Program-made: the position numbers and the translations under genes
Notes under the pieces: model-generated
The model's input: the letters and a program-made list of their open reading frames with translations, nothing else
The model's database searches: none
Told to the model about the DNA's origin: nothing
DNA from: Chiloscyllium plagiosum
Taxonomy: Eukaryota
Assembly: GCF_004010195.1 (NCBI RefSeq)
Contig: NC_057719.1
Span: 77,474,743 to 77,538,742, forward strand
Reading direction: 5' to 3'
DNA length: 64,000 nucleotides
Shown: positions 36,620 through 49,605 of the stretch, in pieces
Numbering within the stretch: the stretch's first letter is position 1
Layout of the letters: every line of letters starts with the position of its first letter

Positions 36620-37510
36620 GTGGGAATACCTTGCTGGAACAACACCAGGCATACCTACAAATAAGGTGTCAACCTAGTAAAGCTACCAAACATGACTACT
36701 TAAGTGCCAAACAGCATCAGTAGCAAGTAATAGACAGAGCTAAGCAATCCCACAACCAATGGATCAGATCTAATCCTGCCACATCCAGTAGACAATTAAA
36801 CAACTAGCTGGAGGAGACATTACCATCCTAGCACACCAATGCAAAAGATAAGGCTGAAGCATTCGCAGCAATCTTCAGCCAGAAGTGCCGAGTGGATGAT
36901 CCATCCAGTGGTCCCCAGCATCACAGATGCCAGTCTTCAAACAATTTTAATCATTGCACATTGTAGAAAGAAATTGAAATAACTCCACAGAGGCTGGTAT
37001 CCTGTCACCAAGTCATACTTTATTTCCACGCGCATGATATTTTACACTCGTCCAACTTTATCAGAGCCAGCTCTCAGAGGCAAGGACTGATTAGGGATAG
37101 TCAGCATGGTTTTGTGCAAGGGAAATCATGTATCACAAACTTTATTGAGTTCCTTTGAGGAGGTAACCAAAAGATTGATGAGGCTACAGTGGTGGATGTT
37201 GTTTACATGGACCTTTGTAAAGCATTTGACAAGGTTCTTCCTTGTAGACTAATTAATAAAGTTAGATAACATGGGATTCAGGTGAGCTTACCAAGTGGGA
37301 TACAAAGTTGACTCAAACAGTAGGAAATAGAGGCTAGTGGTGGAGAATTGTTTTTCAGACTGGTGGACTGTGACCAGTGGCGTGTCACAGGGATTGGTAC
37401 TGGGTCCAATTCTGTTTGTTATTTATATAAACAATTTGAATACAGTATAAGAGACATGCTACATAACTTTGCAGATGACACAAAAGTTGCTGGCACAGTG
37501 GACAGTGAAG
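36620..37510 (+). mobile_element. Adjacent LINE fragments (second family 36620-36960; CR1 RT 37080-37510)
   Basis: Homology to 22100-22450. DLCKAFDKV and NFADDTKV motifs. Confidence 0.75.
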
Positions 37511-38099
37511 AAACTGCACACTGCAATTGAGATTGCTCTCACCAAGGCCCTGTATAATTGAAGCATAACACGCTTACTCTATGTTCAATTCATTGTAATA
37601 AAGGGTGGCACCCCATTATCCTTCTCAGTTGAATGCTGTATGTGCATTTGAGTAAAGCATCTAGATCCCTTGCACCTCAGAATTCTTGCATTTTTCTGTT
37701 TATCATACACTTATTTATTTTATTACTCTTCCTTCCAAAGTCAACCTCACATTTTCCATATTAGACCATATCTGCTAAATGTTTGTCCACTCACTCAATC
37801 TATTTGTATCCTTCTGAAAACACCTTATATCTTCTTCATAACATAGTATCCTATCAATCTTTGTATTATCTGTAAATATAGCTACAATACTTTCACTCCT
37901 CTAATTTGAAGGACGTTGATGGAGAAACTACAAATGATTGAGGTCCTGTCACAAATCTCAGCAGCACTCTCTTGTCTTGCCAATTCTACACCCTGATCCT
38001 GACTGAAGGATCAGGGTGTCACACCAATGTATATTGATATTTTATCATGGCCCGCAGACCCCTGTCAGACAGAACATGCGATCAACTTTACACAGGCGT

Positions 38100-38420
38100 G
38101 GATGCTGTCAGAAAAGCGTTTACCCCCTTGCAAGTGAAATACCCCAAAAGAAGTGGACAAGATGCACAATGTACAAAAATTGACACAGGGTCAAATGCAA
38201 ATATCATCCCTTTATACAACTTATATGAAGTATACTCAGGAAACTGACATAGCACGATACAACCTACACGAGATAAACTAACTGCTTAAAATGCACCCAT
38301 GCGCTGGCATTAATAATTTTAAATGTTAATACAGATTCTCATGATAAACACTTGAAACATTTTACTTCGTTGAAACAGATGGACCACCTGTTATTGGTCT
38401 GCTGGTGTGCACAAATCTAT
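38100..38420 (+). mobile_element. LTR-retrotransposon (Gypsy-like) aspartic protease relic
   Basis: KIDTGSNANIIP and downstream FYFVETDGPPVIGL. Confidence 0.7.
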
Positions 38421-38984
38421 TTTTTACCATGACCTACAAGGTGACAAATCTGTCAGTTATAAAGATTCCAGATCACAACATTGAGTCAGTCCATGACATG
38501 ACCATTCGAATATGAGACATTTCTGTGCCCACCTCTGTCACTGTCTCTATGTAATAGAGTCAATACAGCTATGTATGTGTAATGTAGAGTAACATCAGTA
38601 AGCACAGAATTCAGGCTACGTGTGATATGATAGCATTGTAAATAGCGTTGTAAATAAACTCCGAGATATCTTACTGAACAAGAACCCAGTCTTTGTGGTA
38701 TACGTTGCACAGGATAACATATAGAAAATCACAAAATGCATCAACCTTTATCTCTGGGATATCATTCCTCCAATAGCTCAACTGTGAGTAAGCCTCATAG
38801 AACCTGGGCATGTTTGAGAGTACAGGTATCATCTCAGTGTCCAGGAAAGTTCATGCAGGCTTGTGTGTTCCTCTGGCTGCAGTCAAATACAAATTGTACA
38901 TTTAAGGAGAGAAATCCCTTATGGTTCACAAATGCCCTGACTGGCAGGCCAGAGCCACAGTGAAGACCATACTACAGAGATCTT

Positions 38985-41135
38985 CTTTGTGATAGTGTGT
39001 AAATAGTCCTACTAGAGATGGGTCAGTGCTGGATCTAATCCGACAGAATGAAGCTGGTCAAGTTGTTGAAGTTTCAGTGGGTGAGCATTTTAGTAATAGT
39101 GGCCAGAATACTGTAAGTTTCAAAGTCATTATGGAGAGCAATGAGGATAGTGCCGAATTTAAGTGTTGAAATTGAGGGAAGGCCAATTTCATTATCGTTA
39201 GACAGGATCCCGCGAACATAGACTGTGCCAGCTACACGCAGGTAAGTCTATGTTCGTAAAGTAGGAGTCTTTTAAAAATAGTGTAGTGAGGATTCAGGAC
39301 AAGCATGTTTCTCTATAAGTGAAGGGCAAGGGCTACAACTACAGGGAACGGATATTGAGAATTTGATAAAGAAAAAGAAGGAAGAATATATCGAGCCCAG
39401 CAGTTAAGGCAGGGAAGGACCTTCAAAAGTATAGAGTAAAAGAGGTTCCTTAAACAAGAAATTAGGAGGGCAAAGACAGGCCACAAAATGTCTAAGGCAG
39501 ATGGGATCAAAGAAGGCGTTTTATTAAGAATAAGAGGAGCATGAGGGAAAGGGTGGGATCTCTAAGAGACCAAAGGGCATCCAGGGAATGTGGGTGAGTT
39601 CTTAAATGAACACTTCTCATCTGTATTCAGTGAGGAGAAAGCTGTTGTTGCCGAGGATATCAGTTGGGATGGTGAGGTTCTAGAATATGTTAAGATTAAT
39701 AAGGAGGGGGTTTTAGATGTTTTAGCAGACATTCAGGTGTTCAAATCTTCAGGGCCTGATGAGATGTATCCCGGGCTGTTATGGGAGGCATAGGAGGAGA
39801 TTGTTGGGCCCTGGTGGATACATTTCATACTTCATCAGCCACAGGTGAAGTGCCAGATGACTGGAGTCTAGCAAATGTATTCAAGGAAGGATAGGCCAGG
39901 TAAGTACAGATCAGTTAGTCTGGTAAGGAAATTATTGAAAAAAATTCTGAAGTACAAGATTAATCAATAGATTGATCACAAATAGTCAATACGAATTTCT
40001 TAGAGAGAGATCTTGTCTGACTGGTTTTTTGAAGAGGTGGGTAAACATGTCATTGAAGGTAATACAGTTGAAGTGGTTTACATGGACTTTAGCAAAGCCT
40101 TTGATGCGATTCCCATTTGGAGGCTGATCCAAAAGGTATGAGTGCGTGGGATCCAAGGAAAGTTGGAAAACTGGATCCAAAATTGGTTTGCAAAAAGGAG
40201 GCAAGTGGTGGTGGTGGACGGTTGCTTTTGTAATTGGAAACCTGTGACCAGCAGTGTACTACAGGGATTAGTATTGGGACTCTTGCTGTTTGTTATGTAT
40301 GTTAACAGCTTGGATGTGAATGTAGACGGTTTAACTAGTAATTTTGATGATGACACAAAAATTGTGGGTGTTGTTGATAGTAAGGAGGATGGTCTCAGGC
40401 TACAATCTGATATTGATCAGCTGGTAGATTGGGCACAGCAATAGCAGGTGGAATTCACTCCCGATAAATGCAAGGTGATACATTTTGGGAGGTCTAAGAA
40501 GGAAAGGATATATAAATGGTAGGTTCGCAGTGAGTACTATGGAGTAAAGGGACCTTGCTGTACGATCCCACAGATCTCTGAAGGCGTCAGCACAGGTAGA
40601 AAGGTGGAGAAGAAGGCATATGGGATGCTTGCCTTCATTAGTCAGGGCATAGCATATATGAGCAACAAAATATTGTTACAACTTTATAAAACATTGGTCA
40701 AGCCACAGACGGAATGCTGTGTGCAGGTTTGGTCACCGCGCTGTCAGAAGGCACGACTGCTCTGGAGAGGGTGCAGAGGAAATTCACCAGGATGTTGCCT
40801 GGGATGAAAAGTCTCAGTTATGAGGAGAGAATGGATTGGCTTTCTTGGGTGCAAAGGAGGCTGAGCAACGATCTGTTTGATGTACTCAAAATTATGAAAG
40901 ATACAGGCAGAGAATATTGTGAGAATCACTTCCCCTTGGCAAATGCATCTCTGAGAGGGTCGTGGAGGCAAGTACTATTGCAATATTTAAGAAGCAGCTG
41001 GATAAGTATTTATAATGTCAGGGCATAGTAGGCTATGTAGGCAAATGATATTATTGCAGTATAGTGTTTGTCAGTTGGCAGAGACACGATGGACCAAAGG
41101 ATGTGTTTCTATGCTGTAGGATTGTATGACCTATG
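38985..41135 (+). mobile_element. CR1/HER1-like LINE ORF2 (endonuclease end to tail), decayed
   Basis: LNEHFSSVF, KSSGPDEMYP, DFSKAFD, SSVLQGLVLG, NFDDDTK and LERVQRKFTRMLPG. Confidence 0.92.
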
Positions 41136-41207
41136 TGCAATCTATCATGCCCTGAACCTTGGGGAATCTCACTATTCTATGTTCCTGTAGACACTTTATT
41201 TATGGGG

Positions 41208-41527
41208 AGGAATTGGTGTAGTTGTAGCGTTACTGGACTAGTAATCCCATGTTAATATTTTGCTGTCATGGGTTCAAATGCCAACTAAATTTTAACTGAA
41301 CAAAAAACTAGCCCAGTGGAGGCCATATAACCACTATCAATTCTATAAAAACCCATCTGGTTCGCCAAAATCCTTTAGGGATGGAAATCTATGATCCTTA
41401 CCTGGTCTGGCCTACATGGGGATTCCAGTTTCATAGTTATGTAATCAACTTTTAACTCCCCCCTGGGCAATTAGGGATGGGCAATAAATGCTGACCCAGC
41501 CAGTGACACCCACATCCCATGAATGAC
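41208..41527 (+). mobile_element. Different tRNA-derived SINE family (decayed copy also at ~46935-47230)
   Basis: Head ggtgtagttgtagcgttactggactagtaatcc...gggttcaaatgcc. Tail gggcaataaatgctg...cccacatcccatgaatga. Confidence 0.65.
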
Positions 41528-41540
41528 AATAAATGTACAG

Positions 41541-41787
41541 GGTCAGAAGTCACACGACATCAGGTTAAAAGCCAACATGTTTATTTGAAATCACAAGCTT
41601 TTGGAGCACTGCCCCTTCATCAGGTGAGCCCTTCACCTGACAAAGGAGCTTACTGCCTACTATGCCTGGACGTTATAACTTATAAAGCTCTGAAGCTTGT
41701 AATTTCAAATAAACCTATTGGACTATAACTTGGTGTCGTGTGACTTCTGTCTTAGTCCACCCCTGTCCAACACCGGCACCTCCACAT
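41541..41787. mobile_element. Fold-back pLTR mini-element (family B variant), 13-bp TSD
   Basis: TSD aataaatgtacag at 41528-41540 and 41788-41800. Arms meet at caggtga(gccct)tcacctg. The right-arm stem II loop carries extra sequence. Confidence 0.88.
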
Positions 41788-42723
41788 AATAAATGTACAG
41801 ATTAGAGAGTATAATTCTGTAGTATAGGTCTCCATTCCCCTCTTCGCAATGATAGCATGTGACTATTGAATCAAGTTACATCATCAAGTAAATGATTAAT
41901 ACCATGAATGCTGGAATTCTGAAACTGAGACTGTTTAGATTTCATATCAGATTCAAAATGTTAACTCTGTGTTTCTCTGCACAGATGCAGCAGACCCACT
42001 GAGTTTCTCCAGCACTCTCTATGCTTGTTTCATATCGTCAAGTACATCATTAACGTATCCATGCAATTATACTTTCGCTCACATCATTGTAACTCTTTGG
42101 AAGGCAGCAAAGTCCAAAATACATGGGTAAACATTTTCTCGCAGCTCAGAGGTTGACTGGGACAGCACTTTGGCAAAACATTCTGCCCCTGTTTATTGTT
42201 ATCCTTTAATAATGCAATGTCAACCATATTTTGTCTTACTCTGAATAAGGTCTGTGCTGGTAAATATATTTTCCAAATGTTAAACATTTTAGGATTGATT
42301 GCAAAGGCACTGTCCTGAGTATTAAATTTTAGTTTTGCCATTTAAATACCAAGTCACATCTTTGTGGCTACCGGGAGTAGATTTTTTAAAAAAAGAATAC
42401 CAGTTGAATCCAGTTCAATTTGTTAAATGCTCCTTTTTTTGGCTGTTAGTTCGCTCAGCACCTGTGTGATAAATCAGCCCTAGACAAGGATTTAATGTTA
42501 CCGTTACACCATAGACTGATTGTTTTGAAGCCAGAAATGATGATCTCACCAGAACTGTATTTGCATTTATTTTGTCAGAGAAGGAAGGGAAGGATCAGTG
42601 GATGAGGAGAGATGAGCCAAGACCAGGCCAATTGCCAGGACAGAATACAGCAGCTCAAATGTTGTAGGTCATTCACGTATCCAACGGAGACGCTGGAGGA
42701 AAGCATTGCATCAAATGTGAAGG

Positions 42724-42990
42724 GGTGTGTGTGTGTTTGTGTGTGTGTGAATGTGTGTCTGTGCGTGTGTGTATGTGTGTGTGAGTGTGTGTCTATGTGT
42801 GTGTGAGAGAAAGACCAAGTAAGTGACACAAAATGGGCAGTAGCAAATTGGCAGCCCCTTTGTTACCCGCTTTTTGTTTCCAGGAAGATTTTAACACTTC
42901 GTGTTCTTTAAGATAAAGCAAAAATGGATCGAATCACACAGTTGTAAATGTGGCCTTTGGGTGTGTGTGTGAGTGTGTGTGTGTGTGTCT
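42724..42990. repeat. Two imperfect (TG)n microsatellites (42724-42808, 42960-42990)
   Basis: Visible dinucleotide runs. Confidence 0.95.
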
Positions 42991-43554
42991 GCTTCACACT
43001 ACCATGTTTCAACAGTGGGACACAGAATGGCTTTTACATTCCTAGTGCAGAGTTTTATGTCTTCTGGCAGACGAGAAAGGATATGTGCTTTGGGATTTGT
43101 ATCATAATCATTGGCATTAGCACTGAAAAACAATGCTTTATCAATGCAGACTTTGAACTATTTTGCTGAGAGGTTCTTGAATGATATCTATAGTGTTCAC
43201 CAAACTTTTCCTTATGAGTGGCTTTAATTCTTCTCCAATTTCCACAACACTGTCCTCTAGAAATGTAGTCTGAAAGCTAATCAGAGCTCAATTCTACCCA
43301 ATATTGAGTCACTGAAAATTGCATGACAGCTATTAGTTTGATATTCAAATTCAATGCAACTATTCTAGTTTCCCAAGCCAATGGAAGTATTCTTGGCTCA
43401 GACAAAACAGTATACAGAGATCACCTCAAATTGGTCTAAGCTGTTGCTGCAAGTGAGATTTAGATACAATGAATTCAAATAAACAGTCTTATATCTTAAT
43501 ATTTCTTTTCCCTTTATTGCCTCCCGGCAATCTTTAATCTTGTGAAAGAGAGCC

Positions 43555-43700
43555 GCATTCAGCATTAATAGGAAAGGTTTCGAGGAATATGGGCCAAAAG
43601 CAGGCAGGTGGGATTAGTTTACTTTGGGATTATGTTCAGCATGGACTGGTTGGAGCAAAGGGTCTGTTTCCATGCTGTATGACTGTCTGACTGTATGACA
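43555..43700 (+). mobile_element. CR1 3' tail fragment
   Basis: aataggaaaggtttcgaggaatatgggcc...gggtctgtttccatgctgtatgact. Confidence 0.85.
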
Positions 43701-44267
43701 GTTTCCTGGACAATAGGTTATGGAATCTACTAGTCATTGTCAATCCAGTACTGTGTTGGGAAACAATGCAGGATTAATAAGCAAAATGACAGTAAATAAT
43801 CCTCTGGAAAAATATCTTTGTAATACAATTGAATTCCACGTTTGAAAGTAATTATTCAGTCTAAAATAGGACCGTAAAATTTGAACAAAGTCATTTACAG
43901 AGTATGAGAGGCAGCTAGTTCAGGTTGCTTGGGAAAATTGACTAAAAGGTATGGCAGTAAATCAACAGTGGGAAACGTTAAAAGAATTGATTAGAAATAT
44001 TCCACGAAAATACATTCCATTAAAAAGAACAAAAACTCAGAGAAGGTGACCCATTCAGAGTTTTCTAGGAAATTTAAGAATAGTAAAGCTTGAGAGAAGA
44101 AGCTTAGAATACAGTTGTAAGCCTGAAGATTGGGAAAGTTTTATAAGCAAGCAAAGAATGATGAAACATGTTGATAAAAAGAGAAATAAAGGACATGAGG
44201 GTAAACAAACCAGGGATATAAAGCAAATTGGAAGAACTTATACAGTATATAAAAAGATAATTTTTAG

Positions 44268-45090
44268 GTGATTTAGATGATTTAGATTTTATTGTCATGT
44301 GTTGTCAAGTACAGAAGTACAGGAGCATGGTGAGAAGTGTATAATGTTGCCTCACATGGCACTATCTTAGATACCTTTGTACAAAAAAACTTTGGTACAA
44401 AGTAGTAACAAGAGTTAAAAGTTAAGCATTACTTCATAGAATAAGTAGAAAAATAAAGAAATAAGGCAACAGTTAATATTAAAGTCTTTTGTAGTTTAAA
44501 CTGCAAAAATAAGGGAATAACATAAAAGTTAATCGGTCTTTGATGAGTTCTACACTTAGTTCACTCTCCAGACCTCAGCTGCCTGTTCCCAATGTCACCA
44601 CCGCAGATACCATTGCTGCTACTGAAATTGTTGCCTCTCCACTGTTCCCTGGTGCCTTGCAACATGCTCGGGCAGGATCTACTGCATGTTGAGCTGAGAC
44701 ACCATTACAAGCAGCTTGGACCCCAGGCCAGAACCTGCCATGAGCCGTTTGGAGGCCAGACTGGAACCTGCCATGAACTGCTGAGAAGGCAGGCCGGAAC
44801 CCTCCATGAGCTGCTGAGAGGCCAGGGCAGAACCCACCATGAGCTGCTTAGAGGCCAGGGCAGAACCCACCATGAGCTGCTGAGAGGCCAGGGCAGAACC
44901 TGCCATGAGCTGCTTTGAGGGCAGGCTGGAACCCACTAATGAGCAGCTGAGAGACCAGGCCGGAACCCACCATGAGCCACTGAGAGACCAGGCTGGAACC
45001 CACCATGAGCTGCTGAGAGACCAGCCCACAACCTGTCATGAGCCTCTTAGAGACCAGGCCAGAGCCTGCCATGTGCCACTGAGAGACAAT
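44268..45090 (-). mobile_element. Non-autonomous element with Rex1-like tail and internal 33-bp minisatellite
   Basis: Minus strand reads gtatctaagatagtgcca...cttctcac...acacatgacaataaaatctaaatc. Array lies upstream on that strand. Confidence 0.65.
44690..45088. repeat. 33-bp minisatellite (gagctgctgagaggccagggcagaacccaccat), about 12 units
   Basis: Visible array with 11-aa periodic translation HELLRGQGRTH. Confidence 0.95.
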
Positions 45091-45790
45091 CTTAAAGAAT
45101 TCTCCATTCACCCATTCAGGATCCATAGCGCTTAAAACTCTTGCCTAACAAAAGCTTGTCAGTCTCTGTTTTGAGACTGTTAATTGATGTTAGCCTCCAC
45201 AGACATTTGGAGGAATGTGTTCCAGATTTCCTGCATATATGTTGCATGAAGAAGTGATCCAACCTTGAGTGGCCTCACTCTAATTTTAACATTACCCAGT
45301 GTTGTTCTGGACTTTCACATCAGAGGAAATAGCTTCTTCCTGTCAACATGATCTTAGTCTTTAATCACTTTAAATATCTGAAATTTATTGCCCCTTGATC
45401 TCCCATAGTCAAGGGAATTTAAGCCTAGCCAAGGCATTCCTCATAAATTAATCCCCTCTGTCTTGGTTTCATTCTGGTGAATTTGCTTGTCCCCATATAA
45501 AGCTAAAATATTGTTTCTGTGGTACAGTGCCAAAGACTGAAGTGATAATCTAAAAGTGTTCTCATGAGATATTTATACAGTTGTAATTTAACATCCTTTC
45601 CCTTTGTATTCCAGTCCATTGGACAATGGCTAAATCCTATTAATCTTGTGATACATTTTCTATACTTGCCCCCTAGGTTTTAGCCATTTTGTATTTGGGT
45701 CCCTTAGCCTGAATGATACTCTAGATTTCCTAGCTTCTCATCATATATAAATTAATCCAATCTATCTTTCTTCAATTCATAGCGGATGAC
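45090..45790 (-). mobile_element. Highly decayed CR1 3' fragment
   Basis: agcctccacagacatttggaggaatgtgttccagattt resembles the reverse complement of the WN.LP..AVEA region. Confidence 0.55.
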
Positions 45791-48636
45791 TTCTAGTCAC
45801 CTCTTTGTTCTATTTCCTATTTTCTAATGAATTTCTTATGCATGGCAAACAATTGCTTCTAATTCCTTTCATTTTTTAGTAATGGTATTTTGTGTATTTC
45901 CAATTGGAAAAGTAGTCAGGCTCTGGTAGAGAGCTTGGACAATATTTGTATGGTAATAATTTAATGTCTCATTCAAACTTTAAAAAAGAAACACCTCTAT
46001 ACTGTCCCAAAGAGTCACCATGATCATGTAGCCAAATCCATATGAGGATATTGAAACCACAATCTTTTGACTTGAAAGATTGGAATGATGCCACTGAACC
46101 AAACCGACAAAGTGAAGGTAATTCTGAATGTTGATGTTATAATATCCTCAGGGGCATCAGAGTGAGATAAATAAGGAAGATGGGACTGAGAGTGTTTAGG
46201 TTGCCCTGAGACAGAAAGAAGCAATGATTATGGTTCTTTTCAATGCAATCAAGAGAAGCTATCAGAAAGAAAACATTAATTAGCTCACATTTCAGATATG
46301 GTTGCAAGTGTGCAACAGTACTGTTCTTGCTATCCCAGAGTTTTAATGAGGATTAAGAAAACTGTCCTTTATATCAGTACTCTCCATCTTCCCCAAGGTC
46401 CTCTTCCTACCACAGCAACCTTGTCAGCTGTGTCTGTCAGCTCTGAGGGTTGAGGCTAATGATGACTCTGGAGAGGAAGACATCATTCTTTTCATAAAGT
46501 TCCTTTAATTTCAGACAAACTTCAGTTCTGCTGTAAGAACGTTCTGTCCTTTCCAATTAATTTCAACAATACAGTGAAGGTTAAACATACTAATGTGTAT
46601 TACTGTTTCCTTGTTCTGCGACAATGAGGGCAACATCTCCTTGAGAGGTCATTAAGCCACTTGTACTCCAGATGTCTGGACTTGAACATGAAAGGTTGGA
46701 TTTTAGTTCCCAACTGAAACATTTTGGAATTGGCTGGTATTTTCATAGGACCTATTCGAAGTATAGTTATACTCTTTTTGACTCTTTTTTTTCACAATTT
46801 ATGCAAGCAGACAATTCTGGTCTAAAACCCATAGAGTTTTTCAAAACTATTAAATGCATGCAGTCTCATCAGATCACTCCACTGAAAATTTGTATATACA
46901 GTAGGTTGAGTATTTATTTCATGACTTTATAGAAGATGGTGGCGGTGGTTATTCCACACACTTGGTTTAATGATCAAATGATGAGTTCAAATACTACTGT
47001 GGCAGCTATTAATTAAATAAGTAAGGAATTAGAAAAGCTGTTATCTGCAATTCCAGTGAAAGCCTCTTTTTAGTTCACTTATAATGTCGAGGGAAGAAAA
47101 GCTGAATCCATGGCTATCATGGCTATCATCATCTGTAAGTGACTCCAAGCCCAGAACAATGTAGTTTAATAATCCACCAACAAGAACAATTAGTGCAATA
47201 ATAACTTGCCTTTAACACTCAAGTCCAAAGAAGAAAAGGAAACCAAAATCATGAACAATCGCAGAAAGAAAATTAAAGTAACAATTTACTTCAGGGACTG
47301 ACCTCTATTGTACAATATTGATATGTAGATGACTTCTATATCGTCAGCATATTTTGACGAGACAAGATTCTTGAGAAGAAAGTGTCTCCCATCATACCCT
47401 CTTTGATAATGTGGCACTCAGAAAGTCTACGACTATGATGCCATTCTCCAAATACCAGTTCAGAAATCGAACCACTTCACCTCAATCAGCTTCCTCCTCA
47501 GGGATTTCATTGCATTCACTCTCCTCGTAATAAGCTGTCAAGCAGCACATCTTGCATCATTACTAATACAGTTTACTAATGGTCTGTGAAGAAAGCAACT
47601 CCTCCAGGAAAAGCATGAGGAGTTTGAATACCCAATTCATAAAGTTAACCTTGCATTTTAGGAGCTGCAGGTTCACTTTGAAAATCTGATAAAGTAGTTG
47701 TGCAATTCATTTTAATCCGTTAACTCCATAAGACTGAAACTTACTCTTTTTGGCTGAGGCTGAGTTGGGTTGAGATTTTTGGAGGTCTTGTCACACGAGT
47801 CCGAGTGAGTTCTCTCATTACGTTTTACCAAATCCGCCTCATTTATCCGCATGATTGATTTCTGCCCCAGCATGCCATTCCCAGAACAACTCTTCACTCA
47901 GCAGATATCCCAGAATTCACTGGTATTCCTTGTACCATCGCCATCTTAACAAGGCTGTTGTGCACCCAGACAAGCTCTGTCAGTCCAGAGCTGCACAGTT
48001 GTTGACATGCCCCAGACAGGGGAAAAGTGGCACCTCACTTTGCTGGTAGGGTACTGCTGGATGGGGTGGTGCAGAGGCAGGAATTCCTCTTTCCCCCTAA
48101 ACCTGGTTGTGGAGGTCACAACACCAAACCATGCCAAACTGGTTTGAATTTGCCACATGGGTAAAAGTAATCTCAGCCATCTCAGGAAAGCCCAGCAATG
48201 TTAGTAGAAGGTTAATGTCTTCCTTCACTCTGCAAGCATAAGTGCTACAATCCTCTCCCTACTACCTCACACTCACTCTATTTCTGCTACTGTATCCACC
48301 TCCCATCAAGGCTTAAGCACTCCCATTCTCATTAATGCCTGCAAAAGCTTCCCCATTTGCTCTTACTTGCCCCAACCCCCAACACCACTCATCCTTGCAT
48401 ACCTTGGGCGATGCCTACTCACTTACTCAGGACACCTCTCTAACTGCACCAACACTTTCATCTCCCGTAATATCTACCTTTCTCTCAATTCAGGAGGACA
48501 GCAACCCACAATAGATCTAAAACATTAACTCTGTTTTCTCTCCACAGATCCTGCCAGACCTACTGACTTTTTCCAACAATTTCTATTTTTGTTTCTGATT
48601 TCCAGCATCTAACAGTTCTTTGTTTTTTTTTAATTT

Positions 48637-48873
48637 AACGAATGGCTGAATGGACACTGCAAAACAATCAACAGACAGGAATCTTCTCTCCCAGTCAGAG
48701 AACACTTCAGCGGTCCAGGACATTCGACCTCGGATCTTCGGGTAACCGTCTGCCAAAGCAGACTTCGGGACAGGCAACAACGAAACATGGCCGAGCAGAG
48801 GCTGATAACCAACTTCGGTACCCATAGGGAGGGCCTCAACCTGGACCTTAGGTTCATGTCACACTTCAGGTGA
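48637..48873 (+). pseudogene. GIY-YIG endonuclease C-terminal half of PLE ORF (no start codon, absent from ORF track)
   Basis: Open frame NEWLNGHCKTINRQESSLPVREHFSGPGHSTSDLRVTVCQ...AEQRLITNFGTHREGLNLDLRFMSHFR*. Confidence 0.8.
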
Positions 48874-49482
48874 CCCCATTGCACTATACATGCACATAGA
48901 CAGATGCACACATGCAGACAGATATAGACACTCCTACACACATACACACGCACACACACTCCTACAGACACACACACTCTCCAACAACCCATACACCCAC
49001 GTAGATTCTCTCTCATTCACTCACACATACACTCCCACACCCACATATGCACCCACTGACAGACTTATACCCCTTTACATTCACATGCACACACACACAC
49101 ATGCACATATAAGTTTGTGGGGTGAATTTTACGTTTTACTTTGCTCAAAAACCGCATGAATCCATGTAAGATTCTGTGAATCCATTTTTTTAGATTAGAA
49201 TCAGTCTGATCATTGTGGCACAGACAGTCTCACACAGAGCAGCTCACACTTTAAATGCATTATCTGGGCCAACAAGATACCAATTGTTAAAGTTCACTTG
49301 AGAATGTAACTTTTAAAAAAGTTTTGTAATTTACACATGAAAGAACTAAAACCAACACGGTCATTCTAAAGGATGAGAGACTAAACAAACAATCTAGGTC
49401 TTTTTCAATGTATAATTTCAGTTACATCACACTGTAAACATTTGCTATAAATTCCATGTCTTATGATCTTAAACTCGACAAC

Positions 49483-49517
49483 TACCTGATGAAGGAGCAG
49501 TGCTCCGAAAGCTAGTG
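49483..49517 (+). ncRNA. Minimal type I hammerhead ribozyme motif
   Basis: TAC-CTGATGA-A-GGAGC(AGT)GCTCC-GAAA-GCTA-GTG with intact core. Confidence 0.8.
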
Positions 49518-49605
49518 CTTTCAAATAAACTTGTTGGACTATAATCTGGTGTTGTGGGATTTTTAACTTTGTACAGCTCAGTCCAACACCAGCATCTCAA
49601 AAAGG

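Larger units (their letters stand above)
48637..49598 (+). mobile_element. Penelope-like element 3' kilobase (family B): GIY-YIG end, CA-rich tract, pLTR
   Basis: Endonuclease remnant followed by a tract homologous to 697-1330, ending in the HHR-bearing repeat. Confidence 0.85.

Noticed and set aside
44592..45135. Repeat-protein ORFs (HELLRGQGRTH)n
   Set aside because: 33-bp minisatellite open on both strands, with an internal stop and no splice or gene context.
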